This document shows positions 1-11,605 of a stretch of DNA of 38,281 bases, one piece after another. Position 1 is the stretch's first letter, and each line of letters begins with the position of its first letter. The DNA lies in the NCBI GenBank assembly GCA_023231475.1, contig JALJEE010003012.1, positions 1 to 38,281 of the forward strand. Direction: 5' to 3'. The notes below the pieces were generated by a model, which worked only from the letters and a program-made list of their open reading frames with translations, was not told the origin of the DNA and did no database searches. The stretch comes from Seison nebaliae. Lineage: Eukaryota. Position numbers and translations under genes: made by a program.

Positions 1-149
1 TGTTGGAATCAAATGTAATCAGAGTAAGTCATCGATTATCTCGAATATTTCTACATTTCCAATTCGTTGTGATTTGAAGAAATTGTTGTGCAAGGAGGTG
101 TGTTTCCTTGGATGTCAGATTGACTCGAAGAGGAAAAGTTCAGCACAGG

Positions 150-231
150 TAGATCGAGTAAGTCCTGAGTAAGCAAAAAAGTCCTACCTCGCAATCTTTC
201 AAAAAAAGGGGTGCAAAAATGTCCGATTACC
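150..231. mobile_element. Possible terminal inverted repeat end of a DNA transposon lying mostly left of the window
   Basis: GGGGTGCAAAAATGTCCGATTACC (208-231) is preceded by the related motifs GAGTAAGTCC and GCAAAAAAGTCC, then drops abruptly into (AAT)n. A related reverse-complement motif TCGGACA(T/C)TTCTA occurs twice near 37015-37063. No transposase or partner end is visible. Confidence 0.3.
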
Positions 232-485
232 AAATAAATAATAATAATAATAATAATTTACTCCGCGGGGATATGCTATGAATAAAAAAAAAAAAATATA
301 CGAACTTCCGTAAAAAATTGTAAAGCATCCAATCAATTTCGTACAAATCATCAATAGAATTATTTTATAATAATTATAAATTAAACAATCTAGCAAAATC
401 ATCTATAAAAGGAAAGGATGTTCTTCCATTCAGTCAAATTAGTCAGAAAATTTTTTCATTTCAATTTTTCAATTCATTTAACATT

Positions 486-1367
486 ATGTTTCATTATCGT
501 TTCATTATACTTTCAATAAGTTTGATGATTTTAATAAGAACCGAAACAAGTCCAGTAAAGAAGGATGAAGTTTCGAAGATTAGCAAGGCGAAGGTTGTAG
601 CGAAAAATGGTGAGACCGAAAATGGCAAAGCACCAGTCGAAATTGAAGATGACGAGACGGATTTTGATATAGGGGAAGACATGACGAATGGTTCACCAGT
701 ATTAAAGGAAAAAATTGAGAAGAAACTGATAAAGAAACCGAATATGATAAAAAAGGTCGTCAAGAAAACAAAATTCCAGAGTGGCGACGATAGTTCTGCG
801 GTTAAAACACTAGCTGATGATAAAGAATCTTCTGAGGGTACAGAAAGCAAGGAATCTGCACCCAAAGAAGAAGAATCAAAAGCCGAGGTCCCTGAAAAAC
901 CATCTGAACCTGAAAGCTTATCGAAACCTGCACCCAAAAAGAGTGATGAAACGCCGGAAGTACTTCCTGAATCCATTGAAGAGAAACCGGTTAAGGTATC
1001 TGCACCGAAGGAAGAGCCAAAACCAGAGAAGAATCCAGAATCAAAACCTGAGAATATTCCAGAACCAAAATCTGAAAAAATTCCAGAACCAAAACCTGAG
1101 AAAATTCCAGAACCAAAACCTGAGAAGATTCCAGAACCAAAAACAATGAAACTTCCAGAACCAAAAAAAGAATTGAAACCCGTAAAATCCTCTCCAGTTA
1201 AACCAGATAAAATTAAACCAAGACCAAATTTAATTGAACCTCAGGTCGATCCGGTATTTCATCAGGACAATTATCCAAGCAATGGTGGCTCCAATAGATG
1301 TCAACTTAGTTTCTCTGTTATTATTTTCACAATCTTCTCAATATTATTGAACGAAATTGATAATTAA
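486..1367 (+). CDS. Secreted, probably GPI-anchored Pro/Glu/Lys-rich repeat surface protein (293 aa)
   Basis: Hydrophobic N-terminal signal (MFHYRFIILSISLMILI), low-complexity EKP body and KPEKIPEP repeats. The C-terminus has small residues (SNGGSN) followed by a hydrophobic tail (LSFSVIIFTIFSILL). AATAAA overlaps the stop. Confidence 0.85.
   Translation: MFHYRFIILSISLMILIRTETSPVKKDEVSKISKAKVVAKNGETENGKAPVEIEDDETDFDIGEDMTNGSPVLKEKIEKKLIKKPNMIKKVVKKTKFQSGDDSSAVKTLADDKESSEGTESKESAPKEEESKAEVPEKPSEPESLSKPAPKKSDETPEVLPESIEEKPVKVSAPKEEPKPEKNPESKPENIPEPKSEKIPEPKPEKIPEPKPEKIPEPKTMKLPEPKKELKPVKSSPVKPDKIKPRPNLIEPQVDPVFHQDNYPSNGGSNRCQLSFSVIIFTIFSILLNEIDN
1020..1166 (+). repeat. 24-bp coding minisatellite (about 6 units, KPEKIPEP)
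   Basis: CCAGAA recurs at 1035, 1059, 1083, 1107, 1131 and 1155. Confidence 0.95.
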
Positions 1368-1535
1368 ATAAATTCTAAAATATTATCATGATAACTTAAA
1401 TTCTTTCATTTCATTAGTTTTATGAGCGCAAAAACTCTATAAGATATTTACAATGAGAGTTAAGAGAAAAACTTTAACCAATCCCTACAATAATGAAACA
1501 CAATTTTTTCTTCTTCATAATCGTCATTTCGAAAT

Positions 1536-2414
1536 ATGTCGCCTTTTCTAAATCTGGTGATCAATTTCGACCTGAATCCAGTTCTCAATCATTTCCTTCC
1601 ATCATTCTTCTCAACTTAATCTTCGGTAGCTATTGAAGCGTATATTCCTATTCAATATGTTCATTGGGATTTGTTAGCGGAAAATATTCGAAGAAATTCT
1701 GGAACGGAGTCGAAAAGTTTTCCTGCAACCGCTTTACAATACGGTATTTATGCTACGAATTATAATAATATTCATTCCCGATTTTCTAATAGTACAGTTA
1801 ATTTATACTCTTCTAATTTAAAATAAATTTTTTCTCAGTTATTCGCCACATTCTCGTCTCCGTATAAACGGTTTGGATTACTTCCGATAGGAAAGGAAAT
1901 GATTGAAAAAATTGAAAGAACTCCATCTGATTTAGTTTCTTCTTAATTTTAATTTCCCTTAAAAATTCAATTTATATATATATATCATTCAGTTAAAGAA
2001 AATAGTTGCCGAAGTAAGAGACTTGGCGAAATTGGTCGAATCAAAGAAATTGTTCTTGAAAGAAACTTTAAGTAAAGAATTTGTCCCATTTATTGCAAAG
2101 AGAATTATTCTGTCGGAGGATTCTCCATTTTTCAGTTAGCTCTTTATTTAACTGATGATGAAGTGAAAAACTCAATTTAGTAACGGATCATATTATTGAA
2201 TCGGAATGTTAAATTTAATTTTTAAATTTAATTTTCTAATTTTTTCACAGATGAGAATTTACTAATCAGACTACCAAATTTACCGATAGTCGCATTAGTT
2301 TTAAGTTAAGAATTATTAGATTTAGTGAACGATGTGACGCTTTTGTCGAATAGATTTTATATTACAAGAAATGGATGGAAATGGAATAAGTGGAATAAAA
2401 GAATTACTGCTTGA
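1536..2414 (+). pseudogene. Decayed intron-containing gene of unknown family
   Basis: Protein-like frames (VAIEAYIPIQYVHWDLLAENIRR; LKKIVAEVRDLAKLVESKKLFLKE; ENLLIRLPNLPIVALVLS*ELLDLVNDV) are separated by AT-rich GT..AG introns with acceptors ending at 1838, 1992 and 2250. In-frame TAA occurs at 1617-1619 and 2307-2309, with apparent frameshifts near 2130-2180. Confidence 0.55.
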
Positions 2415-2466
2415 TGTTTTATAGAATGTGAAAAGTTAATGAAATAAAAATTCTTCCACATAAATC

Positions 2467-3339
2467 TCAATCACTTTTCATGTTTCCACCACATTCGTTC
2501 GGAACGACATTGGAAATGTACGAACTTAAACTCATATTCAAATTGTCACATTTAATATTTTCACTATCGTAATTGGTGATTGAGACGATGGATTTCGCTT
2601 TCCATGAGAATGTCCATGCAAACACTTTGCAATTACATTCGATCGCCTGATTGTCGTCCCACCAAATATGTTGAAGATTATTCAACATATACAATTGTTG
2701 TGGAATTCTTGTGAGTTGTTTGTTCATACTCAAATCGATGACTTGTAAAGAGTTACGAATAGTACCCGAAAAAGCTAAGGAATTTATCCGATTATCATGG
2801 AAACGGTTTTCCGCTAAACTTAATTCGAGTATTCGTAAATTCTTGAAAACATACGGATCCAATCTGGGTAAGCTCAATGTGTCCAATATTAGTTCATGAA
2901 TAACGAATTTTTTATCCTTTCGACATTTCTTCTTCAATTTGGAGAGATCTGGAATATTCAACATTTTTCGGAATTTCGGTTTGGCAATTTTCTTCTTTCT
3001 TCTCAATCGACGCCAATAACTTAATCGTTTCCGATAGACGGCCAGATGTTTCTTCTTACGTTTCGCCGACATAAAACTCTTAGCGCCACAATCGATTGAA
3101 CGCCATTCCTCAGTAGGAATGTATTGACATTTACATTTTTTTGGACATAAATTCTTCTCCATCTGATCTCGTTTAATATGGCGCCAATGTGTCTCATTAT
3201 GAGAAATGGATGAATCTCGAGATTTAAATTGAGATGATTCTTCTGATGCGAGAAATGGTGGTTTAATCCAAAAATTGGGACGAGCAATGCAATTAATTTG
3301 GATGATGAATAAGAAGGATATGAAGGAAATGATCATCAT
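2467..3339 (-). CDS. Secreted leucine-rich-repeat protein (290 aa)
   Basis: Signal peptide, LRRNT-like cap (CPKKCKC...SIDC), LRR units (ILELSLAENRF, LQVIDLSMNKQLTRIP, LQHIWWDDNQ) and an LRRCT-like cap (IECNCKVFAW...C...C). No transmembrane segment. Confidence 0.85.
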   Translation of the reverse strand: MMIISFISFLFIIQINCIARPNFWIKPPFLASEESSQFKSRDSSISHNETHWRHIKRDQMEKNLCPKKCKCQYIPTEEWRSIDCGAKSFMSAKRKKKHLAVYRKRLSYWRRLRRKKKIAKPKFRKMLNIPDLSKLKKKCRKDKKFVIHELILDTLSLPRLDPYVFKNLRILELSLAENRFHDNRINSLAFSGTIRNSLQVIDLSMNKQLTRIPQQLYMLNNLQHIWWDDNQAIECNCKVFAWTFSWKAKSIVSITNYDSENIKCDNLNMSLSSYISNVVPNECGGNMKSD

Positions 3340-3906
3340 TAAAAAAAGTTTTCCTTCCTATAAAATTTGTTTGTTCGACTTGTTATCTATTCACGTCAGT
3401 CACTTGTCAGTCAAGTTAAAGATAAGAAAGGAAGTAAAATTTTGTGTGAGAAAAAATTGACCGTTCATACTCGAATAGGTTTCATTTCCTCATTCCCTAC
3501 TATATCATTATCACACCGTCATACATTACGTAGGCGTTACGCAATCTCAGTTATGGTAAGTTTAAAAAATTCTCATTTAAATCGATGATGTTATGAAACT
3601 CTTCTTTTGAAATAAGTTCATTTGAGGAAACATTATCATTAAATTTGCCTATAGACAAAAATTTTCATTTCTTTCCAGTTCTTTTTTCACTTCTAACAAT
3701 TTTAACATCTGAAATTAATCTGAAATTCAATCACCTTTCGATAGTTTTCCTTATTAATTTTCTTACTAAATTTTATTATTTCCAAATGAAAATTCTTAAC
3801 CAAACTGAATATACAACGATGATAGTTAAATCGTTTTCGACGATGAAAAGAATTAATAAAATATTTCTATCAAATTATTTTACAGGAAAATGAACTTGGG
3901 AAATTT

Positions 3907-5526
3907 TTATAAGGTTTCTGAAAACAAACAATCTCCGATCTGACTTCGTTTAATGGTATTGAAAATGGAATTGCTTCCTTTCTGACCGGCTGTAATATGT
4001 AATAATTTACCTTCTTCATTACAAATCCATGCATTTCCGATATTGGATTTGGTCGTTGGGCATTTGAGGACGAATCTTTGATATTTTTTTTGCGGAAAAA
4101 ATTTTTTTTTCAATATCGAAAAAACTCTATCAAAATCATCTAATTCGATATCGGTAAATTTTTTCAGTTCTTCCTTACATTCAACGAGTAAGGACTCATC
4201 AATGTGTTTTATTTGCATCGCCGAATAACAATATAAGTGTTTCGCTATATTAGCTGGCCATTTGGGTATTTTGGGTGGGGTGTATCGGACCGAAAATGAA
4301 CATTTCAATTCTCCGTCCGCTATCGGACATTCTTGGTCATGTGGACACGGACCGATAGTTGTTATATAATGTTTTGGGATTGTGAGTTCATGGTGTTGTG
4401 ATGAACGTTCGTTCTTTTCCCAATTGAGTAAACTATGAATGAATTTCTTCAATCCAAATTGATTTAGAGCAATTGATCGAAATTGTTGAACGATTTTGAA
4501 ACCGGCTGATGAACCGTTTTCCACAACCACACAAATACCATCATTGGGATTCATGGACTTAATCAAGAAATTGATGGATTCGATTCGTTGTCTTTCACTC
4601 GATAATTCAGATAGAGTGAAAGTGGAAGTGACGAGATCGAATGAATTTTTTCGTTTCGGAATGAATTGACGGAAAAAACAATTTTGTTTCTTCGAAATAA
4701 TTCCTTGCCCATCCATCGTCATGATACGATTAGCTAATTTGTTCATTGATTTTGAGATATCGATGAGATAATAAGATGAAGAATTATCACCTAACAAAGT
4801 TTGGAGTGACCAGTAAGTAGAACAGAGACCAGAACCATAATCCAAAATATTGAGAAGTGAATTCTTTCTCATAAATTTCCTCAACAAAAGTTCATTCATT
4901 ATTTGATAATTGATACAATAATTTGGATAGAAGAGAGAAATCAAATAATAAATGGGAATATTCTCCTCGTTATAATTCATCAATTTCCAATGAAAAACTT
5001 CGTTCTTCAATTTATTGAACATTATCGATTTCACCTTTTTCTCAATCACTTCCTCGTTAACATCATTCGATTCTTCTCGAATAATTCTTTCAGTTTTCTC
5101 ATTAACTTCATTGAAAATTCTTCGAGTTTTCTCTTGTAATTCTTTCTGGTTAATGGGCAAGGAACGATCCATTAATTTCCGTTTCAAACGGTATGCATGT
5201 TCGTACATGTCAGGATGAGTGATTTCATAACCGATAATCTCATCGATTTGACGTGCCAATTCAATTGGCATACGGACATTCTTTAAGCAAAATTTCCCCG
5301 GATGTCTTTTGAATTTGGCGAGATATGAATAATTATCATTCTCCTTCTCATTCAGAAACTTTTTATATTCATCAGAAATCTTTAATTTATTTTTTGCATT
5401 AATCGAATGGAAATATCTATATTGTTTTATCGAATTACAATCTCTTCGATGTTTATGATCAATCAATTTTGAAATAAATTTTCTGTAATGTTCAATTACA
5501 CGATACTCACCATTAACCATGAACAT
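3907..5526 (-). CDS. METTL17: Mitochondrial small-subunit assembly factor METTL17/Rsm22
   Basis: SAM-motif ILDYGSG, FDLVTSTFTLSEL, VVVENGSSAGF, and the Cys-rich PCPHDQECP...CSFSVRY motif with a distal Cys, matching the Fe-S-binding Rsm22 family. Single uninterrupted ORF. Confidence 0.92.
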   Translation of the reverse strand: MFMVNGEYRVIEHYRKFISKLIDHKHRRDCNSIKQYRYFHSINAKNKLKISDEYKKFLNEKENDNYSYLAKFKRHPGKFCLKNVRMPIELARQIDEIIGYEITHPDMYEHAYRLKRKLMDRSLPINQKELQEKTRRIFNEVNEKTERIIREESNDVNEEVIEKKVKSIMFNKLKNEVFHWKLMNYNEENIPIYYLISLFYPNYCINYQIMNELLLRKFMRKNSLLNILDYGSGLCSTYWSLQTLLGDNSSSYYLIDISKSMNKLANRIMTMDGQGIISKKQNCFFRQFIPKRKNSFDLVTSTFTLSELSSERQRIESINFLIKSMNPNDGICVVVENGSSAGFKIVQQFRSIALNQFGLKKFIHSLLNWEKNERSSQHHELTIPKHYITTIGPCPHDQECPIADGELKCSFSVRYTPPKIPKWPANIAKHLYCYSAMQIKHIDESLLVECKEELKKFTDIELDDFDRVFSILKKKFFPQKKYQRFVLKCPTTKSNIGNAWICNEEGKLLHITAGQKGSNSIFNTIKRSQIGDCLFSETL

Positions 5527-5837
5527 TATAAGAAAATACTTATTTTAATGAGTAAGCTACATTATTAAATTCGAAAATTTATAGAACTCAATTTTCTAAT
5601 ATGTTAAAACCGAAAAATTTTGGAGGTACCGACCATATTAGGATCGTTCTAACAATCGAAATTGAAATTTTTTTATATCCCAATCAATGGATTATTTTTC
5701 TTTCCTTTTAAGGACCTAATAATTAATGATAAAAGAATGCTTCAAAAACGTTCATAGAAACTTTTAAAACTTTACAATCTGTATAATATTCATTTACTTT
5801 TACTAACTCATACTTGTAATGCTGATTGTGTTAAAAT

Positions 5838-7831
5838 TTATTCGTTAAATAGAAGAGTTGGAGCAGTTGAACTTTCAATATCATATCGGTCGTAACTTGA
5901 AATTGATTCTTTGTGTTCCAATGGTGTGATAATCTTCTCATAAGTATACCAAGATATTAGAAGAATTAATAAAACAAGTATTACGCATAGAGAAGTTATT
6001 AAGAAGATGTGACTGAAAAGAAAATATATACAGAATAAACGGCTTAACATGTTAAATTGAACTTGGAGAGTGGGAACAATCTTTTCCCAAAGAGAAAATC
6101 TGTTTTTGATTGTGATATAGAAAACACATAATGAAGTGAAGAGAAATTGGAAACATTTGCTTATGAATTTTTGAAATTTTCCTTCTTGATAGTTAACGAC
6201 AGAAATCGGTTTACGATCGACCGCATTATGCTGTTCAAACCGAATTCGAGTGAAATCTATTTGAGCTTGTGGTGTAGTTGTGGTAGTGGTTAAATTATAA
6301 AAATTCGGTTCGAATGTTCCAAAATCAAAAAAATATTCTTTAGTTGACGTTGTCAATGTATTTGGAGATGTAGTCACGCTGGTGGTCGTCGTAGTCGTAG
6401 TGGTAGTTGTTGTTGTGGTTGTTGTAGTAGTCGTAGTAGTAGTGGTAGTAGTAGTTGTTGTTGTGGTGGTAGTGGTTGTGGTGGTGGTTGTAGTAAAATT
6501 TAGGACGAAGAAGATCCATGGTCGTAAACCGGTAATACGATCGAATCTGTTAAAAACGGGAGAAATTTTAAAGAAAAAATATTGAAATTGAAATAACGGT
6601 TTCGGAGTAACTTCTCTGAAATGTTCTTCTCGAATGCCATGTTTGTAAATTAAATACCTTTCTGTTGGAGGTGGTTTTGTATGGAGTGGTCTTAAACCAT
6701 CGAACCGACGGACGATATCGATATCCATAAAATTTGAGATATAAGAGTAACCGGGAATTACTTGTTGGAATGGTATATATCTCTTTCTTAATTTTATGTA
6801 TTTAATTGGTAAATGTTGATAAACGCGACTATTGCGGAAAATCCTGCGATATGGTATGATCGATGTACCTTCTTTTATCAATTTAATTTTATTGTTCTCC
6901 AAAATTGATTGACTGGGAATTAACATTTTACCTATTCTTATTAGTTTTATTGGTAGATGTGGATAGATGACCCTTGCCGACAAAATCGGTTTTATCGGAA
7001 CAACGGAATTGTGTTCGTCTTTAATTCGGATACCTTTCCCAGGGACGTAGCGTAGAAAGGGAATATATGGAATGAGTGGACGTGAAGTATTCAGATAGGT
7101 GGCAATGTAAGGTGTGTCTTTTAAGAAGCCTTGAATCGGTATGATTTCTCTATTGGATATCATTAATTTACGTTGGATGATATGACGTGGTTGTGGTTTT
7201 CTTGTAATGATTAGATTATATGGATATTTCTCATATGTTCGATTTGGATAAATTAAATGAACAAATGTTCCATAGTTACGATATTTGTAAGTGGTTGTTG
7301 TTGTTGGAACGGTTTGTGTCCATCGACGAGGTTTTGGACGACTAGTAGTGGTCGGTTTCCATGAATGATGAGGACCGTACATGTACGGAGGTAGTATCGG
7401 CCAACCAAATTGATTGTGAATATAAATCGGTTGTCCTTGTGAAACTGGTGTTGGATGTACTTGATTCTTTGGACATTCTCTGTCACAAGGATCACTAAGC
7501 GGTCGGATAGCTTCGATTGGAAATTTGATGATATTATGACGCGATTCTTTCTGTTTATTTTTTTCAATTTTAATCATTCTCTCTAATGTATAATTTACTA
7601 AATTCTTCAGTGATCTTTTCAGTTCATAATCCGTTTTCGATTTCAGCTGTTTCATTTGTCTTCGGACAGATCGGAAAATTTTTATCCTCATTTGTTCTCG
7701 AGTCAATTTCTGATAAGGTTTCAGTTTCATCTTAAATATTTTTCGTCGTCTATACAATTCTTTCTTGACGGCTTTGAACACTCTCGGATCTAATTTATTT
7801 ACATCCACTGGTCCGAATGTTGTGGTCGTTG
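5838..7831 (-). CDS. Main exon(s) of a Thr-rich, mucin-like membrane protein
   Basis: The ORF continues upstream of the track's GTG to an acceptor (aatcag|CA at 7832/7831). It has a basic helical region, Ile/Pro-rich repeats, a long poly-Thr tract, a C-terminal hydrophobic segment and a short acidic tail. A stop-free 36-nt intron is possible at 6013-6048. Confidence 0.75.
6380..6495 (-). repeat. Degenerate (ACN)n trinucleotide tract encoding poly-Thr
   Basis: GTG/GTA/GTT/GTC run on the + strand. The third-position variation indicates a coding Thr repeat. Confidence 0.95.
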
Positions 7832-7862
7832 CTGATTTTTTAGATTAATTTTATTTACAAAC

Positions 7863-8169
7863 AATATTGGGAACTTGGGAATGGAGTGGTAGTTATTCTA
7901 TTCTTTTTTTTCTTCTTCTTCTTCTTCTTTTTCTCTATTGTCAATTAAACAAAATTTACTAAACATGTTTGAAAGCTTAGGGAACTGGGAGGATCTTGAA
8001 AATTTTTGGTAAAAAGGACCTTCCATGGGGGCAAAAATGGAGTTGTAGTTGTAGTGGTAGTTGTTGTAGTTGTTGTAGTTGTTGTAGTTGTTGTAGTTGT
8101 GGTTGTTGTGGTCGTTTTTGTAGTCCTTGTCAAGTTTCGTCTAGTATCGAAAGTATAAGCGGAAATCAT
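7863..8169 (-). CDS. Upstream exons of the Thr-rich gene (poly-Thr exon about 7960-8169, poly-Lys exon about 7863-7932)
   Basis: These join in frame to the main exon using a 27-nt intron (7933-7959) and a 31-nt intron (7832-7862). The true start and signal peptide are unresolved. Confidence 0.5.
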
Positions 8170-10729
8170 AAATATCGATACTGATTATTCTTCAAATATA
8201 CATGTTAGTTCATTTGATGTTAATGCTCGTAAGGAAAGGTTCAGCAACTGATTACTATTTTTTGACAAAACTACCAATAAACATCTTGTTCCTATATAGC
8301 TCTACACTTGTCTACTAAACTTTGATAATTAAACGATAGTGCTAACCCCGAAGGACTCCTCCTTGTCTCTGATGCTTTACTGCCACCAGATTTTTTTTTT
8401 CCTTTTTCAATTATCCTAGCAACGAGAAATGAAAAGTTTAGAACGCGAAAGATCTACTTAATATAGTATCAGTCATAATATATACTTTCAATCATATGTG
8501 AAATTAAAATAAAAAAAGTAAATTGTTACATATCAAAAATAAAGGAATCGACTGTAAAACCAACTAAACGTAGTTACCGCATCGCATACTAGACTATTAA
8601 ATCGACTAACCTAGTACTAACTAATGTATCTGGTCCTTCCGTACCGACAAAATGTGCCACAACTAGAAAAATGACGTGAAATAAATGAGAACTTTTCTAA
8701 TATTTTAGGAAATTTCCAAGTGTTATGCAAGACCGATGAGACACATGATCTGTGACAGATAAGTACAGATAGCATTTAGGAAAAACTTCACCCTCGCTCA
8801 CGCACTCTTCTGACAGATTTTTAGCACATCTTGTTAGTCCTTTCGACTACATTAGTTGTGGCGACAACTGATTCTTGAAGCTTAAAGGGCTGATAATTCA
8901 ACTGATTTTACTTCTGATAATTCACCCCAAAAAAATGATTAACGGGGCTCTGTTCTCTCGAGTACTTCCGCCGGTCCAATTGTTGGATAATAATCTACAG
9001 AAATAGAAGTCAACATTATTTATTTTAAACTAATTATTTACATCAAATCATAGCCCATTTGCCATTGTTTCTAACATTTTTGGACTAACCATAATCAATA
9101 GTTGTCATATTTTCGTTTGTACTTTCACTCGCTTGCCTCTTTTCCCTTATCTTCTCGAACGATGTTAACCTACTAATAACCATAAATGATATTCAAATGA
9201 AAAAATTATTTATTGTTTCAAATAATTTTAAGGACAATTTTATGACGATCATACATTTCCTAGAATTCCATTATCCATTTTTATTATAAATATAAAATAC
9301 TAGGGCTGACTGATTTTAAGTCAGATATTACACTCTGATACATTTTCATTTACTGAATTATCTTTTTCGTTGACACAATCACAGGAAATTGTGCGGAAAA
9401 TCAGGTATAATAACATACAAACAACAATATTTTAGCTCAGGAATTCTATAAAATATTGATTAGTTCTTTTGTCTTAGGAAAGTTGAAGGATGGTGGAAAA
9501 AACTGTGTTTAATTATCACGTCTTAATATAAACTAACCCATCGGTAAAACTGTCCATCTTTGAAAGAATATTGATTTAAATAAAAATTAATTTAATGTAA
9601 CTATGCAAAACTCTGACGGAATTGACCTGTTCTTTTCACATCTTCAATAATAATTCTTCAGTTTTAGACGTAAAAATTGTGTAACTTGAAAGCTACAAGT
9701 AGTTTTTTTCCTATATACTGGTACAAAATATCTTTGCTTAAATTTGTCAGACACAACTCCTAAAAATATTGAATAATTACGATAAACAGAATACGATTGT
9801 TAACCGTTGAAGATTCTAATAATAAATGTTCATTGGTGGAACTGTTAAGGATTCTAATTTTTGACGGTTCTTCAGCTACATTTAATTTAAGCAATTATCG
9901 TATGCAATACTGTATAAAAAACTCACCAATAAGTTGGTATATCGATGTCGAATTAGTTTTCGAGGTAAACTTTTCACAATTTTCTTCATTTTTCTTTAAA
10001 GTTGTTTCTAAGAACCATGGATTGTTTTCATAGGTATTGTAGATAGTTACTACAAAGGTGGTTAGACAAAACATTAAATTTTGGTCTTATATTATTTGGA
10101 CAAAATAATATTATGATAATAATCGTGCAAGGGACATAAAATTATTAATATTATGTCATTTTTCAAGTCTCCAATGTTTACTTTGAAAGTAAACTTTTTT
10201 TATGTAACAGTTTTCCATATTTGCTCGAATGCATTACCTATTCGATTAAGTTCCATAATTTCAAATCTGTATTGTCACTATAATATGGTTGAAATATGTT
10301 TGTTGAATTGGAAAACTTTTTCGATGTTTACTTTGTGGTTTCTTAATCTTATTATTATCACAAATTAAAAAATAAAGACAGTTTTGTATATGTTCAAGCA
10401 CGATTAGTATGTGCTTTAATGATTCAAAATCTTATAAAGTAACTAACTTTTGGAAGGGGCAATTTCTGATAGTCCCAAAATGAATATTAGTGGCGTGTAA
10501 AATATTTGACTTTTTACCATATTTACTGGATATAACTGAATAAAAAAATTTTAAATAAGAATGAGGAAATTAATTCATTTTCAATTTCGTTTTTTCTTTG
10601 TACTATTTAAATTTAAAAAATTTATAAATTTTTAAGAAAATTATTTATAATTTGTTAGTCAGATTAAACTGAATGGAACACTGGTTAACTAAATGGAATT
10701 ATCTATAACAGAGTAAGTTAGACTATTTG

Positions 10730-11605
10730 ATGACTATTTCATCCAATTGCCACGTCTCATCGAATCAAAAATGTTATTATCTTCGAAAGTCTTGTTAATA
10801 CGAGAAACTTGTCTAGTAGACAGGTAACTCTTCTTCAAACAATCCTCCTGATTACATGCCATCTCCCAAAAATAGTTTGAACTCAATCCGTCGAAGTTTC
10901 AGTACAATCAGAATCGTCATTCTTCGATTGTAAATTCTAGAAATTTTGTGGTTTCTGCTTGTGCACCTGTTTGGCCTTAATATCGATAGTAGACCTCTTA
11001 TTGTTCTTGAATGTGAACTTTTTTCTTCGAACCGCTAAATTGGTATCTGAAGTCGATACTTAATGGACGAACAGCGGATTTTCGTCCGACCTACCATCAA
11101 ACCCTTCAGAATTTGACTGAAGGGCAACCCTACATAAATTCTGGTGGTGGTTGCCCCAACGCTTTCCATTCGTCCTTTAGTGTCCATTACTCCAATATCT
11201 ATTAGAAGTGTCCTTGTACTTTGACAAGGACGCCTCTTTCTTGCCTTATGCCAATTAGATGACAATCTTCAGGACAGAACCTGACAATGGCCATCTGTCA
11301 TTAGTTACCTCCATCGACTCTTTAATTGATGGTAATTAATTAAAATTATTAAATAAACTCCAACTTCTCACCTTCCTGAACTGTTGCCAATGAGCCTTCT
11401 GTCTTCCAGAAGGCTCATTTCTATTCTGATCCATTCGACCGACCATGATGGAACTTTAATTTCCGATAATACTAAATAGTTAGATGTTATGATGAAAAAG
11501 AAACTTCTCGTCTCCTTTGGTCATCGATTAATAGGCAAAAAGCCTTCTGATTCTTGATGAGTAGAAGCTGGTTGTTTTGACGAAATTGGTCGTCATATCT
11601 GACTA
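10730..11605 (-). pseudogene. GC-elevated decayed coding or mobile-element-derived segment
   Basis: Protein-like stretches in several frames are broken by many stops. AT-rich intron-like blocks are present (gtgaga...ttaaag, about 11320-11371). No recognisable domain. Confidence 0.35.

Noticed and set aside
494..1149. Overlapping ORFs 494-976 (-) and 817-1149 (+)
   Set aside because: Shadow frames of the low-complexity 486-1367 gene.
1617..2309. TAA reassigned to a sense codon
   Set aside because: Neighbouring intact genes end in TAA and have no internal TAA. The locus also has frameshifts, so decay is the simpler explanation.
6382..6585. Poly-Val ORF on + strand (also the Cys-rich ORFs 7996-8184 and 21630-21899)
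   Set aside because: Antisense or alternative-frame shadows of coding trinucleotide repeats.
8925..8960. RNase MRP/P-like 3' motif (AACGGGGCTC)
   Set aside because: No matching upstream GAAAGUCCCC-type P4 partner.
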